Shown here piece by piece: positions 10,157 through 20,576 of a stretch of DNA of 64,000 nucleotides. Position 1 is the stretch's first letter, and every line of letters begins with the position of its first letter. The stretch is from Bacillota bacterium (GTDB lineage: Bacteria > Bacillota > Sulfobacillia > Sulfobacillales > JAIMBI01). The position numbers and the translations under genes are program-made. The stretch covers positions 10,321 through 74,320 of the forward strand of contig JAJZWS010000005.1 of assembly GCA_021846565.1 (NCBI GenBank), in the 5' to 3' direction. The notes under the pieces were generated by a model. That model worked only from the letters and a program-made list of their open reading frames with translations. It did not search any database and was not told the origin of the DNA.

Positions 10157-10705
10157 ATGGATAGCAAGCGGCGGACGCGGCTGGGGTGGGTGGGGGTGGG
10201 CCTGGGCGCCGCCTTCCTCGCGGGGGGATGCGGGCTGTTTGGGGCGCCGCCGCACAAGGCGCTGCCAGCCGTTCACGCCAAACAGATTGCGAGTCACACG
10301 GTGTCGGTCCCCGGCTATGGATTCGGCTTTCAGGTGCCCCGCACGTGGCGAGTGGCGAGCCCGGTGAGTGGCCATGCCCGTTGGACCTCGGCCCACGCCC
10401 ACCTGCAGGTGGAAGCCTGGGGAACCAAAACCGCCACGTGGGTGCATGCCGCATCGTTTGTGGCACACCAAACCCAACTGGGCATACCCACCCGGGGCCA
10501 CGTGGCGGCGTTCGCGGAAGCCACCGTCCACGGCTGGACCCGTCTTGAGGAGTCGTGGACCACGAAAAACGAGGACTATCTCCTGATTGCCTTTCTGAAC
10601 GGCCACGTGGCCAACGTGGCGCTGTTTCAATACGCCGCGAGCCGCCTCGCCATCGGCATTCAAGTCGTGGCGCATGCCGCCCAAACTTTTCAGCCGCGGG
10701 TCTGA
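10157..10705 (+). CDS. putative lipoprotein, unknown function
   Basis: Basic N-terminus, hydrophobic stretch and lipobox LAGGC. Confidence 0.65.
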   Translation: MDSKRRTRLGWVGVGLGAAFLAGGCGLFGAPPHKALPAVHAKQIASHTVSVPGYGFGFQVPRTWRVASPVSGHARWTSAHAHLQVEAWGTKTATWVHAASFVAHQTQLGIPTRGHVAAFAEATVHGWTRLEESWTTKNEDYLLIAFLNGHVANVALFQYAASRLAIGIQVVAHAAQTFQPRV

Positions 10706-11001
10706 GGCGGGGTGGGGCCCGGCGGGGATCATGGGCAGCGGCAGGAATGTTGAGCGGCGGGGTTTCGGGGGCGAATCGGCCCGGGGGCCGCAGGTACCCG
10801 CCAGCGGGAGGCTCGACGTCGCGCCCATGTGCTCGGGCTCACTGGTGAAGAGAGCCGGAGAGGCCGCTCGAACACGCGACCCCACGGCATCCGACAGCTC
10901 GCGTCTCGCCCCGGCGTGGTGGCCCGGGTTGATCCCTAACACGCTATAAAGCCAGCGGTGACGCCTTCGCCCGACAGCTGCCGACGATTGGAGCAACTTA
11001 C

Positions 11002-12261
11002 ATGACAGAAGTCCGTTCATCCCCGCCCAATCCGGGGGGAGTCCTGACGCCCTTTGCCCGCATCGTACTGGCCCAAGCGATCAACCGCTTTGGTGACGGG
11101 TTTTTCACGATTGGCATTTCATGGATGATTTACAGCGCCACCGGGTCCGTGCTGCCGTTGGGAATCCTGTGGGGCAGCTACATGATGGTGGCCGGGGCGC
11201 TGCAAACCGTGGCCGCCCCCCTGGTGGACCGCTGGGACCGGCGTGCGCTGACCGTGGGGCTCAACCTGGTCCGAGCGGCCGTGGTGGCGACACCGGTGGC
11301 GTTGGCCGCCACGCACAGATTTTCCACGTGGGAGCTGTACCCCGTGTTTGTGGTGCTGGGGGTGTTGGGGCTGCCGTACAACCCGGCCGTTCGGGCCATG
11401 ATTCCGCAAGTGGTGCCGGCAGAGCGGCTGCTCACAGCCAACGCCCGCCTGCAGGGCGTTATGGAAACGATGTACGTGCTGGGTCCGGCGGTGGCCGGAG
11501 TGACCATCGCCGCGTTCGGGCCGCTGACCGGCCTCGGCCTCGACGCCGTCAGCTTTTTGGCAGCCGCCCTCTTGATGGCGACGCTGCCGGGGTTGCGCCG
11601 GCCGGTCCCCGCGCCGTCGACCTCGTATGTCACCGCGATGTGGTACGGAGGCCGTGTGATGTGGCGGGATGCCCTCCTGCGGCGCCTGGCGCTGCTGGCG
11701 GTGGTGGTGCAGGTGACGGACGCTGCCTTCATTGTCCTGTCCGTCCCGTTGATTCGGTCGGTTCTTCATGGAACGACCCGCGGGGTGGGCTTTTTGGAAG
11801 CCTCCCTCTCGCTGGGGGTCATCGTGGGCGCAGTGGCCGTCAATCAACCGCGGCTGCGCTTTCTTCGGCGCGTGCGCTGGCCACTGGTGCTGCTGTTCTG
11901 TCTGGCCACGGGACTCATCGCCCTGGTGCCCGTGCTGGCCTGGGCGCTCATGACTCAGGTGGTTGCGGGCCTGGCCGACTCCGTGTTCATGGTGGAGTGG
12001 GAGACGCACTTTCAGTCCGTCGTCGACAACCAGGACCTGGGCCGCGTGCTTATGTTTCATGGGGGGTTCACGCGCGCCGCGCAGGCGTTGGGCGCTTTCG
12101 CGGCGGCAGGACTGGCGCTGTGGGTCGGCATTGGCGGCGCGTTTTTGTCTGTAGGGTTGGCGGGCATGGTGATGGCGGGCGCGCTGCTCCCCGGCCTGCA
12201 TCGCGCGGAACCGCGCTCCCGTGTGGCGCTTCATGGCAGGCGCAGCCGGAGACGGGCCTGA
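11002..12261 (+). CDS. MFS transporter (DHA3/macrolide-efflux-like)
   Basis: About 12 hydrophobic segments, motif A-like PLVDRWDRR, AQAINRFGD N-terminus. Confidence 0.85.
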   Translation: MTEVRSSPPNPGGVLTPFARIVLAQAINRFGDGFFTIGISWMIYSATGSVLPLGILWGSYMMVAGALQTVAAPLVDRWDRRALTVGLNLVRAAVVATPVALAATHRFSTWELYPVFVVLGVLGLPYNPAVRAMIPQVVPAERLLTANARLQGVMETMYVLGPAVAGVTIAAFGPLTGLGLDAVSFLAAALLMATLPGLRRPVPAPSTSYVTAMWYGGRVMWRDALLRRLALLAVVVQVTDAAFIVLSVPLIRSVLHGTTRGVGFLEASLSLGVIVGAVAVNQPRLRFLRRVRWPLVLLFCLATGLIALVPVLAWALMTQVVAGLADSVFMVEWETHFQSVVDNQDLGRVLMFHGGFTRAAQALGAFAAAGLALWVGIGGAFLSVGLAGMVMAGALLPGLHRAEPRSRVALHGRRSRRRA

Positions 12262-12703
12262 CGCGATTGCGCTACGCTGTGGGCCACCCCGCGACGCGCA
12301 TGTGTGTCGTCGCACGGGCCATGTGCTATGGCGGGCACATGCGCCAGCGTGGAGACGAGCCCGGCGAAGCGGCTCCGAGGCCTGACCGCTTAAGACCCGT
12401 TGCTCGCCTGTCCAGCTGACCCTCACGGAGCGGGTCCGGCGGCTGAAACAGCTGAAACAATTGTTGGATTTCCTCGGTATCCCCGTGCCCACGCTCGACG
12501 CGTGTTGAACGAGACCCCGCCTCCGTCCGAGGTCCCTTGTGAGGCCAACCCGCCCCAGGGGCCTGCTGGCCTGCTGGCCTGCGGGCTTGCCGACGTCGCC
12601 CTGCCACCCGCGATGGCGCGGGTCGCGAGCCGAGAGCCTATCCGAGCGGGCGTGTTTTGCGGGGTGCCACGACCGCCCTTGCACTGCGGCAACCGTCCCA
12701 ACC

Positions 12704-14662
12704 TTACTGGGGGGTTCCCAGCTGGGTTCGCAGGCGGTCCAACACGTCTGGATCCTCCAGTCCCGTTATGTCGCCCGTAGCCGTGCCGGACACCACCAGT
12801 TCGCGCAAGAGTCGCCGGACGATTTTTCCGCTCCGAGTTTTCGGCATGGCATCGATGACGTGAACCTGTGCCGGACGAGCAATGGGCGCAATGGTATCCG
12901 CAATGTGCGCCTTGACGCGGTCGGCAAAGTCCACCCCCACCCGCGCGCCCGCTCGCACCGTGAGAAAGGCCACCGGCACCTGTCCCCGAATCGGGTCGGA
13001 GATCCCGACGACGGCGGCTTCGGCGACTTCCGGCATGGTCAGGAGGGCACTTTCCATCTCCATCGTGGATAGACGGTGCGCCGCGACGTTGATCACGTCG
13101 TCAATTCGTCCCAGAACCCATACGTGCCCGTCGCCGTCCAACACGGCGCTGTCGTACGAGCCGTAGAGGCCCGACTGGCGAAAGTACTCTCGGCGGTAGC
13201 GCTCATGGTCCTTCCAGATGGTGCGCGCCAAGGTCGGGAAAGGCTTGGTGATGACCAACTGTCCCACTTGGCCCGGGGCCACCGGCTGTCCCTGTTCATC
13301 CACGACGGCAAAGGCATGGCCCGGCAGCGCCATGCCGCATGAACCCGGCTTGGCGGGGGTGACTCCCACCGCCGAGGAGGTCCACGCACTACCCGTCTCG
13401 CTCTGCCCGTAGGTGTTGTTGATCTCAATCCGCCCCTGGCCCATGTCCCGAAAGACCCACTCCCACGTAGTTTGGTCCAGGGGTTCACCCACCAGCGAAA
13501 TGAGGCGGAGCGAAGACAGGTCGTGCGGGGCGTACCATTCGGGTCCATAGCGGGCGAGCATGCGCAGGGCGGTTGGGGCCGTAAACACCTTGGTGACCCG
13601 GTGCTCGGCGACGATGCGGTAAAACCGATCGGGTTCCGGGAAGTCCAACGCTCCATCGTAAAAGACGTACGTGGCGCCGAATGGAAGGCCGCCCACCAGC
13701 TCAAAGATCGGGAACGTCAACCAGCCCACGTCGGCCGTGCACCAGTACACGTCATCCGGTCCCAGGTCCAGGGCCCATTTCACATTGTGGTAAGCACCGG
13801 TCAGAAAGCCCAGTCCGGCGTGGACCAGTCCCTTGGGCTTTGACGTCGTGCCTGACGTGACGATGATGAAACCGGGGGCGTTGGCCTCGAGTGAGACCGG
13901 AGCCAATTGTCCCGTCGTGGCCTTTAGTACGTCATCCCAGTACAGATCACGGCCCGGTGTCATCGGGACCTCCGCATCGGTGCGCCGCACCACCACCACG
14001 TGTTCGACGCTCTCGACGCGTGCCACGGCTTGGTCCAGGGTGCGCTTGAGCGGCAGCCGCCGGCCGCGACGAACCGCCTCATTGGCGGTCACGACCACGC
14101 GTGGCTCTGTGTCGGCCAGGCGCTCATAGAGGGCGTCGACCGAGAAGCCGGAAAAGATGATGTTATACACAGCGCCCAGACGATAACACGCGTGGGTGGC
14201 GGCAAACGTCTCCAGGAGATTCGGCAGGTAGATGGCCACCGTGTCCCCGGTGCGCACACCCATGTCATGGAGTGCCTGTGCAAAGGTGGCCGTCACCTGA
14301 TGAAATTCTCCCCACGACCACACCCGCTCGCCGCCCTCTTCCAGCACGTGTACGAGGGCGGGGCGGTCCCGCCGATTCGCCAGGTGGCGGTCAATGCAAT
14401 TGACGCTGACATTGCCCCGGCCGCCCACAAAAAACTGGAACTCCGGGAAGCTTCCTGTTAAATCGTGCTGCCACGGCTCAAACCAGCTCAGCTCTCGTGC
14501 CACCTGCGCCCAATAGGCACCGGGATCCTTCTCGGACTGTCGGGACAGCGTCCGGAATCCGTCGAGTGTGTCGACCGGCAATCGCCCGGACGGCCGATTG
14601 GGGGGCGGGACCAGGTAACTCTGAGCGATGAGCGCCAACGCTTCTGCTTCTCCTTCAGGCAT
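12704..14662 (-). CDS. acsA: acetyl-CoA synthetase / acetate-CoA ligase family
   Basis: TSGTTSKPKG AMP-binding loop, WCTADVGW, YGQSETG, GRIDDVINVAAHRL, PKTRSGKIVRR. Confidence 0.85.
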   Translation of the reverse strand: MPEGEAEALALIAQSYLVPPPNRPSGRLPVDTLDGFRTLSRQSEKDPGAYWAQVARELSWFEPWQHDLTGSFPEFQFFVGGRGNVSVNCIDRHLANRRDRPALVHVLEEGGERVWSWGEFHQVTATFAQALHDMGVRTGDTVAIYLPNLLETFAATHACYRLGAVYNIIFSGFSVDALYERLADTEPRVVVTANEAVRRGRRLPLKRTLDQAVARVESVEHVVVVRRTDAEVPMTPGRDLYWDDVLKATTGQLAPVSLEANAPGFIIVTSGTTSKPKGLVHAGLGFLTGAYHNVKWALDLGPDDVYWCTADVGWLTFPIFELVGGLPFGATYVFYDGALDFPEPDRFYRIVAEHRVTKVFTAPTALRMLARYGPEWYAPHDLSSLRLISLVGEPLDQTTWEWVFRDMGQGRIEINNTYGQSETGSAWTSSAVGVTPAKPGSCGMALPGHAFAVVDEQGQPVAPGQVGQLVITKPFPTLARTIWKDHERYRREYFRQSGLYGSYDSAVLDGDGHVWVLGRIDDVINVAAHRLSTMEMESALLTMPEVAEAAVVGISDPIRGQVPVAFLTVRAGARVGVDFADRVKAHIADTIAPIARPAQVHVIDAMPKTRSGKIVRRLLRELVVSGTATGDITGLEDPDVLDRLRTQLGTPQ

Positions 14663-15438
14663 TGGGGAACCTCCTTCGCTTTCTTGTCTTGAGACGGCAA
14701 CGGCCGCATATCGGACTCAGCCGCGATGCGGGCGTCTATTGAACCAAGCGACGGGTCGCAAAGATCTGCCGACGGCCACTCATCCGGGACGTTGTGTCAC
14801 AACCGCGGACATTGAACCCGGGAGCGATCCCATGAGCTAAGAACCGGACCGATGGCTGGCATTAGAGTATCCTGGAAGGCGGAAAGATCCAAGCTTGGTC
14901 GAGAGCCACCCGGGACGGAGTTGAAATTCCGGCATCCGCACGGGTTGGCGGCGTCCTCGTCGGGCGTGGTGCCGGCGAGTCGTCTGCCCGTGCCCATGTC
15001 CATTGGGCTACGGGCAATCAACGGTGCCGCAAGGACAGTCTGGTCCGGAACAGATTTCGGGTCTCGACGCACGCTTGGCGTGCGGAGTTCCGTGGCGAAC
15101 ATGGGAACGACACGACATCGCAGACGAGAACAAGCGCCGCTGGACCCATGGCCATGTCGAACCCCGCCGCTGCTCTTGGCCGAGCTGTCCGCACACGGCC
15201 CGAAGGAGAGAGGGCCGCTGGGCGCTCATTAAGTCCGCGGAAGCCACGATGATTCACCGGGCGAGAGCGGGAAGACGCCCGAGGGCACCAGCCAGGCGGT
15301 CGTAGTGTTCGGCGATGGGGCGACTCGCAGTCCGTCCGCCCCTTGGGGGGGGCGACCCCGTTCGGCCTGGCCCCGGCAGGGCGCGGCGGTAAGTGGGCAG
15401 GGGGCGGGAGAGCCCGCCCCCTGCCCACCCGGGCCCAC

Positions 15439-16140
15439 TCACGATGCATCGTGATTATCGGGGTGCAGCCGGATCCGTTCCGCAATCTCGGCGATCTGGT
15501 CCTCCAGGTCTGCCCGTTGGGTTTCCAGATGCCTCTGCGCGCGGCGCAGCATCAGCAGACTGGCATCGTCCCGCGGCCGGTCCGCCTCCGGCCAGCCGGC
15601 GCCCTTCTCCTCTCGGCCAGGGCCTCCGCGCCCGCGTGGCCCACATCCGCACCGCTCCCGCATCATCGGCCCCATCGGCCTGTCCCCCTCTGTGCCGTGC
15701 GGCCCCGAGCCGCACCGCTCCATCATCATCCTCATCGGTTTGTCCTCCTTCTCCTGGACGTGCTGCGTCGGGTCCGCCACCGCCGGCGTGGTGCCGTAGA
15801 TCTGGTGTTCTAGATCTATCAAGTCCTCCCAGGTCATCCGCGCGCCGGTGGTGGCCGCCCCGGTCTCGATCAGGTAGCGCGCCGACAACCCGAGATAGTA
15901 GGCGGCCATGTCCAGCGTGACCGGCACCGTAGTCTCCCACCGCGGTTCCGCCGCCAGGAATCGTCCCGTCCGTCGCGCCACGGCTTCGATGTCCGCGTAC
16001 CGGAAACGGCGGTGCGCGACCTGTCCGCGGCCAACCCGGTACGTGGGCAGCCAGCCCTGCCGGGAGTACCAACGGATGGTCACCGGGGACACCCCCAGCA
16101 GGGCCGCAGCTTCTTGGACCCGAAGATAACGACCAGCCAC
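15439..16140 (-). CDS. MerR/excisionase-like HTH DNA-binding protein with Cys/Gly/Met-rich repeats and C-terminal coiled coil
   Basis: YLRVQEAAALLGVSPVTIRWYSRQGWLP...HRRFRYADI HTH; GTG start with GGAGGT SD. Confidence 0.72.
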   Translation of the reverse strand: MAGRYLRVQEAAALLGVSPVTIRWYSRQGWLPTYRVGRGQVAHRRFRYADIEAVARRTGRFLAAEPRWETTVPVTLDMAAYYLGLSARYLIETGAATTGARMTWEDLIDLEHQIYGTTPAVADPTQHVQEKEDKPMRMMMERCGSGPHGTEGDRPMGPMMRERCGCGPRGRGGPGREEKGAGWPEADRPRDDASLLMLRRAQRHLETQRADLEDQIAEIAERIRLHPDNHDAS

Positions 16141-16170
16141 ACCTCCACCTCCAGTTCATCGAGCACTAAA

Positions 16171-16200
16171 AGAATAACCTGTAGCAGATGCGTCTGTCAA
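16171..16200 (-). promoter_or_regulatory. sigmaA-type promoter for the HTH gene with dyad in the spacer
   Basis: TTGACA-N18-TATTCT on the - strand; near-palindrome CAGATGCGTCTG next to the -35. Confidence 0.5.
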
Positions 16201-16605
16201 GGGGGAGAAGGGGCGCCTCGGGCAGGGGTCCTGGATGACTGCGGCGTGAGGCGCCCAGGAGTTCACAAGATTAGACCGGAGGAGGGGTCCGCAGGAGTGG
16301 TTGACTTCCGCGCGGGGGGGGATGGGCGGTCATGGAGACCCTTCGGGTGCGTGACGCCTGCCCGAGCCATGGGTTCGGGTCACGGGATGGGCTGGCGTGG
16401 GTCGTTTTACGGTGCGCCGTGCGGGGTGGTGTGGAGGTCGCGGCAGGCATCCAGGCCGCGGACGTCCATGGCCCGAGTGCCTTCGGGCCCGACGCTGAGT
16501 GGGCCTATCAGTCCTGCTAGTTCTGAGCGCTTAGGCAGGAAGCCCGCAAATAACCGCGAAGATTGCGCCGATCACACCGGAGAGGTCGTTCGGGAGGCGA
16601 TGGCA

Positions 16606-17232
16606 ATGGCTGATGCGACGACGCTGCGCACGAATTTGACGCCTCTCTTGGACGCCTTTGATTTCGATGTGGTGTACGCGAAGCGCCTGGGATCTGATGG
16701 CCGCTTCCGGATGATCGAGTGGGCGGGATTGCCCCCGAGAGGGCTGGATGAGCACATCATGGGATCAAGGGTGGGCCTGGGGGGGTACGTCTATGCCACC
16801 AGACGCACGGCGGTCACGAACCGGTACCATGCCGACGGCCGTTTCGCACCCCAGGACCTGCTGGTGATGAGCGGGTTGGATCACCTGGTGTGCTGTCACC
16901 GGGAGGTGCACGGCAGCGTCACCCTGGTTTATGGCGGCAACTATCGCCGCGAGATCGCACCGGTGGCCGCCATGGGCTTCAGCCAGGTGGTGGCGAGAGC
17001 CCCCGACATGCAGGCCATGGTGCCGGGCGGCACCGGCGCACGCGTATCGCCGCGCGAGCGAACGATTTTGTACCTGGTGTCGCACGGCTTCGAAGACCGC
17101 GAAATTGCCGAGATGCTGTTTGTGAGTCCTGCCACCATTCGCTTTCATCTACGCCACCTGCAAGCCAAATTTGGCTGCCGCAACCGAACGCATCTCGCTA
17201 CAGAAGCATTGCGGCAGGGGCTGCTGTCGTAA
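16606..17232 (+). CDS. LuxR-family transcriptional regulator with GAF-like N-terminal domain
   Basis: SPRERTILYLVSHGFEDREIAEMLFVSPATIRFHL LuxR HTH; GLGGYV GAF-like segment. Confidence 0.85.
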   Translation: MADATTLRTNLTPLLDAFDFDVVYAKRLGSDGRFRMIEWAGLPPRGLDEHIMGSRVGLGGYVYATRRTAVTNRYHADGRFAPQDLLVMSGLDHLVCCHREVHGSVTLVYGGNYRREIAPVAAMGFSQVVARAPDMQAMVPGGTGARVSPRERTILYLVSHGFEDREIAEMLFVSPATIRFHLRHLQAKFGCRNRTHLATEALRQGLLS

Positions 17233-17295
17233 CCGCCTCCGTTTAGCGACGATCAACGAAACTAAAGTGAGCGAACCTACGAAGGAGGTAGCGCC

Positions 17296-18066
17296 GTGAG
17301 ACTCGTGGACCTGAGCATCCCTATCGTCCACCAAGCCGACTTCGAGCCGTGGAAGCCGTCGATTCACTACATGACTCATGAGGCTGAGGGCTTGGACTGG
17401 GTCAAAGCCGAGTTCGGTGTAGCAGAATCGGACCTGGTGTGGTCGGAGGGCAAAGGCGCCGCCTTTGAAGAGGTGCACCTCATCACCCACACCGGCACGC
17501 ACATCGACGCGCCCTGGCACTACGGACCCACTTCCGGTGGCCAACCCGCGAGAACCATCGATCAGTGTCCGCTTGAGTGGTTCTTCGGCGATGGCGTGGT
17601 GATCGACGTACGTCACAGGAAGCCAGGGGAGCTTGTCACCGTCGCCGATTTGGAGCAGGGGCTGGCCCGCATCGATTACCACGTAAAGCCGCTGGACATC
17701 GTCCTGATTCAAACCGGATGCGATCACTGGCAGGAGGGGGCGAGCTACTTCGACCAGCCCGGCATGAGCCGAGAGGCCACGCTCTGGCTGACCACGCAGG
17801 GAGTCAAGGTGATCGGGATCGACGCATACGGCTTCGATCGCAAGTTTTCCGACATGCGTGAGGAATTTCTTTGTACGCACGACGGGCGCATCGTCTGGCA
17901 GGCGCACTTTGCCGGCATCACCGCCGAGTACTGCCAGATCGAAAAGCTGGCCAACCTCGACGCCATCGGCGCGGCACACGGATTCAAGGTGTCCTGCCTG
18001 CCGGTCAAGGTGAGTGGGGCCAGCGGTGCTTGGTGCCGAGCGGCGGCCATCGTGGAGGAGGCCTAG
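17296..18066 (+). CDS. cyclase family metal hydrolase (kynurenine formamidase-like)
   Basis: HTGTHIDAPWH motif, IGIDAYGFD, QIEKLANLD; AAGGAGG SD. Confidence 0.9.
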   Translation: MRLVDLSIPIVHQADFEPWKPSIHYMTHEAEGLDWVKAEFGVAESDLVWSEGKGAAFEEVHLITHTGTHIDAPWHYGPTSGGQPARTIDQCPLEWFFGDGVVIDVRHRKPGELVTVADLEQGLARIDYHVKPLDIVLIQTGCDHWQEGASYFDQPGMSREATLWLTTQGVKVIGIDAYGFDRKFSDMREEFLCTHDGRIVWQAHFAGITAEYCQIEKLANLDAIGAAHGFKVSCLPVKVSGASGAWCRAAAIVEEA

Positions 18067-18068
18067 CC

Positions 18069-19310
18069 GTGGCGCCCCAGATGAGACCTTCGGCGATGCG
18101 CTGGTGGATGTTGATGTTGTTGAGTTTGGGTTTTGTGGAGCTGACCCTGAACTGGTTCGACATCGCGGCGGCCTTTCCCCAGATTGGAGCTCAGTTTCGG
18201 CTTGGGGTTCCTGAGCTGGCGCTTCTGATCTCGCTATTCCTCGCCGGCTACGGCCTCTTTCACATTCCCACGGGATTCTTGGCAGCCCGGGTGGGGCTCC
18301 GGCGCATCCTTCTGGCGGGACTGCTCCTGGAGTCCGTGTGTGGCGCGCTCAGCGGTCTCGCCCCCAACTATGCAGCGCTCGCCGTGCTGCGCCTCATCAC
18401 CGGGATTGGGGGTTCGTTGTTTGTCGGAACAGGTTTTGCTGGGGTGACTGCCTGGTTCCGCGGGCGCCAGCTGGCACTCGCTCAAGGCATCTCCGGCGGC
18501 GCCGGGTTTGCCATCGGCGCGGCCATCGGTCTCTATGTGTGGGTAGGTGTCATTCAGGCGCTGACGTGGCCCGGAGCCATGATGGCCGGGGGGGCCGTCG
18601 GCCTCCTGATCTGGCTCGTGAACGTTGTGTGGCTTCGGTTCCCAGCTGAGGAACGCGATCAATTGGCCGCGCAAAATTTGAACTGGACCTCGGTGGGCCG
18701 TGTGCTCAGAAACAGAAACCTCTGGCTGTATGGGCTGTCCACCCTGGGCGCTTATGGTGCCTACTTCACCGCGTCGCAACTGATGGCTGGGTACGCCGGC
18801 ACCACGCTCAAGCTGGGCTCGGCGGCGGCGCTGCTGGCGGCCGTCATCGTTCTAGCCGGCATCCCGGGGTCGGTGGTCGGCGGCATTCTGTCGGATCGCG
18901 CTGGGAACCGCAAGCTGTTCATCGTGGGTGCGGTGCTGCTGGTGGGGGTGAGTCTCTTGCTCGTGCCCGTGGCCGGTGTGGTTTTGATCTGGATTCTCGC
19001 CAGCGTCGTGGGCTTCTTCATGATATTCGGATTTGCCGCGTTCACGTCCGTGCCCGGCGATTTCCCGGACGCCATCCCCCCGCCGGACGTGGCCACCGCC
19101 GAGGGACTGCTGCTGACCATCCTCGCCGTGGGCGGATTTCTGGTGCCCATTGGCTTTGGGCAGTTCGTGGCGGTCAGTGGGTACACCAGCGCCTGGCTGT
19201 TTTTGGGGGTGGTGACCGTCCTTTTTGGCTTGGTGGGTCTATTGGCTCGCGACCCCTTCAAGACTCTGCGAACGACGGGGCAGAGCACGGTGAAGGAGGT
19301 TCCCCGGTGA
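18069..19310 (+). CDS. MFS transporter
   Basis: Multi-TM protein, GFLAARVGLRR and GILSDRAGNRK motif A repeats; tightly packed between cyclase and FAH genes. Confidence 0.85.
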   Translation: MAPQMRPSAMRWWMLMLLSLGFVELTLNWFDIAAAFPQIGAQFRLGVPELALLISLFLAGYGLFHIPTGFLAARVGLRRILLAGLLLESVCGALSGLAPNYAALAVLRLITGIGGSLFVGTGFAGVTAWFRGRQLALAQGISGGAGFAIGAAIGLYVWVGVIQALTWPGAMMAGGAVGLLIWLVNVVWLRFPAEERDQLAAQNLNWTSVGRVLRNRNLWLYGLSTLGAYGAYFTASQLMAGYAGTTLKLGSAAALLAAVIVLAGIPGSVVGGILSDRAGNRKLFIVGAVLLVGVSLLLVPVAGVVLIWILASVVGFFMIFGFAAFTSVPGDFPDAIPPPDVATAEGLLLTILAVGGFLVPIGFGQFVAVSGYTSAWLFLGVVTVLFGLVGLLARDPFKTLRTTGQSTVKEVPR

Positions 19311-20284
19311 AGCTTGTCACCTTTGAAGTCAAGACGGCTGTCGGACCCCTGGAACGCGTGGGCATCTGGCTGGACGACGGCCGGATCGCAGATGCCAATC
19401 TCGTGGTGGCCGACTATCTTCGGAGTACGGGCAGGTCGCTCTACCCCCAGGAGGAGGCCCAGCACCGCGCCCCGACTCGGATGATCGAGTTCATCCGCCA
19501 AGGTCCTTTGGCGCTGGATCTGGTGCGTCAGGCGCTGGACCAGGCGCTGCGCGTCGGCAAGACCACCGGGCCGCTGGGCGAGGTGCTGGTGCATGCGCCC
19601 GACGGCGTGAGGCTTCGGGCGCCGATTCCCCGCCCACACCGCGTGCACGACTTCATGGTGGTGGAGGAGCATGTATTCAACGCCATGAAAACCGTGCCGT
19701 CGGAGTGGTACAATATGCCGGTGTGCTACAAGGGCAATCCGGATGCCATCATCGGCCCCGGCGACATCGTGCGTTGGCCGCGCTACACCGAGCGGCTCGA
19801 CTACGAGCTCGAGCTGTGCGCCGTGGTTGGACGTCCAGGGCGCGATATTGCTCGGGCGGATGCACCGTCCCATATCTACGGGTACACCATCTTCAACGAC
19901 TTCTCCGCCCGCGACATTCAGCTGCGCGAGATGTCGGTCGGGTTGGGACCGTTCAAGGGAAAGGACTTCGCCACCGCGCTGGGACCCTGCATCGTGACCG
20001 CGGACGAGTTCGACCCCCAAACCTCCGTGCTGGTGGCCCGCGTGAACGGTGAGGAGTGGTCGCGGGGCTCCATAGGAGCGATGCGCTTTAGCTACCCCGA
20101 GATCGTCGAGTATCTTTCGAATGAGGAGGATATTTTCCCGGGCGATATTTTGGGGAGTGGAACCGTCGGACGGGGGTGCGGCCTGGAACTGGACAGATGG
20201 ATTCAGCCCGGAGACGTGGTGGAGTTGGAATCCGAGGGCATCGGCGTGCTGTCAAACCCCGTCGGACCCAGGCAGAGCGGGTAG
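19307..20284 (+). CDS. fumarylacetoacetate hydrolase family protein
   Basis: LDYELEL, GYTIFNDFSARDIQ, KGKDF, PGDILGSGT. Confidence 0.92.
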   Translation: MKLVTFEVKTAVGPLERVGIWLDDGRIADANLVVADYLRSTGRSLYPQEEAQHRAPTRMIEFIRQGPLALDLVRQALDQALRVGKTTGPLGEVLVHAPDGVRLRAPIPRPHRVHDFMVVEEHVFNAMKTVPSEWYNMPVCYKGNPDAIIGPGDIVRWPRYTERLDYELELCAVVGRPGRDIARADAPSHIYGYTIFNDFSARDIQLREMSVGLGPFKGKDFATALGPCIVTADEFDPQTSVLVARVNGEEWSRGSIGAMRFSYPEIVEYLSNEEDIFPGDILGSGTVGRGCGLELDRWIQPGDVVELESEGIGVLSNPVGPRQSG

Positions 20285-20576
20285 ATCCCCGGTCGTCATC
20301 CCGCGCGACAACGGCGCGTCTCCGCTGGGAGCGACGTGCGGCCGGGCATGTAGCGGCTTGCGCTCCCGCGGCTGCCCCAGGGCCGCGCCGCCGCCGGCCG
20401 TCCGTTGACCACTCCTCGCGAGGGCGCGTGGCGCACCCGCGGTCCGGGGCCGATGAATGGCTGGGGTCGCTTGGGTGGTACACTCGCGGGGGATGGGGCC
20501 AGGGCGAGCCCGGTGCCCCTAGGCGCGGTGGACCACACAGGGACGCCGCCGCCTCCCGGCCGGAGGTGAATGGTAG

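Noticed and set aside
8418-10466. 682-aa ORF as one fused protein
   Set aside because: Only the C-terminal 329 aa are a dehydratase with its own SD and GTG; the rest is read-through over a pseudogene and the antisense of a lipoprotein gene
10706-11001. Possible riboswitch or T-box leader before the MFS gene
   Set aside because: GC-rich hairpins, but no recognisable aptamer consensus, T-box sequence or T-tailed terminator
12388-12510. Short + strand peptide ending QLKQLLDFLGIPVP, resembling a transposase C-terminus
   Set aside because: Too short; no DDE motif, terminal inverted repeats or target duplication seen
14700-15300. Possible PucR-type regulator remnant upstream of acsA (- strand)
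   Set aside because: Only vague similarity across broken frames; cannot be supported without a profile search
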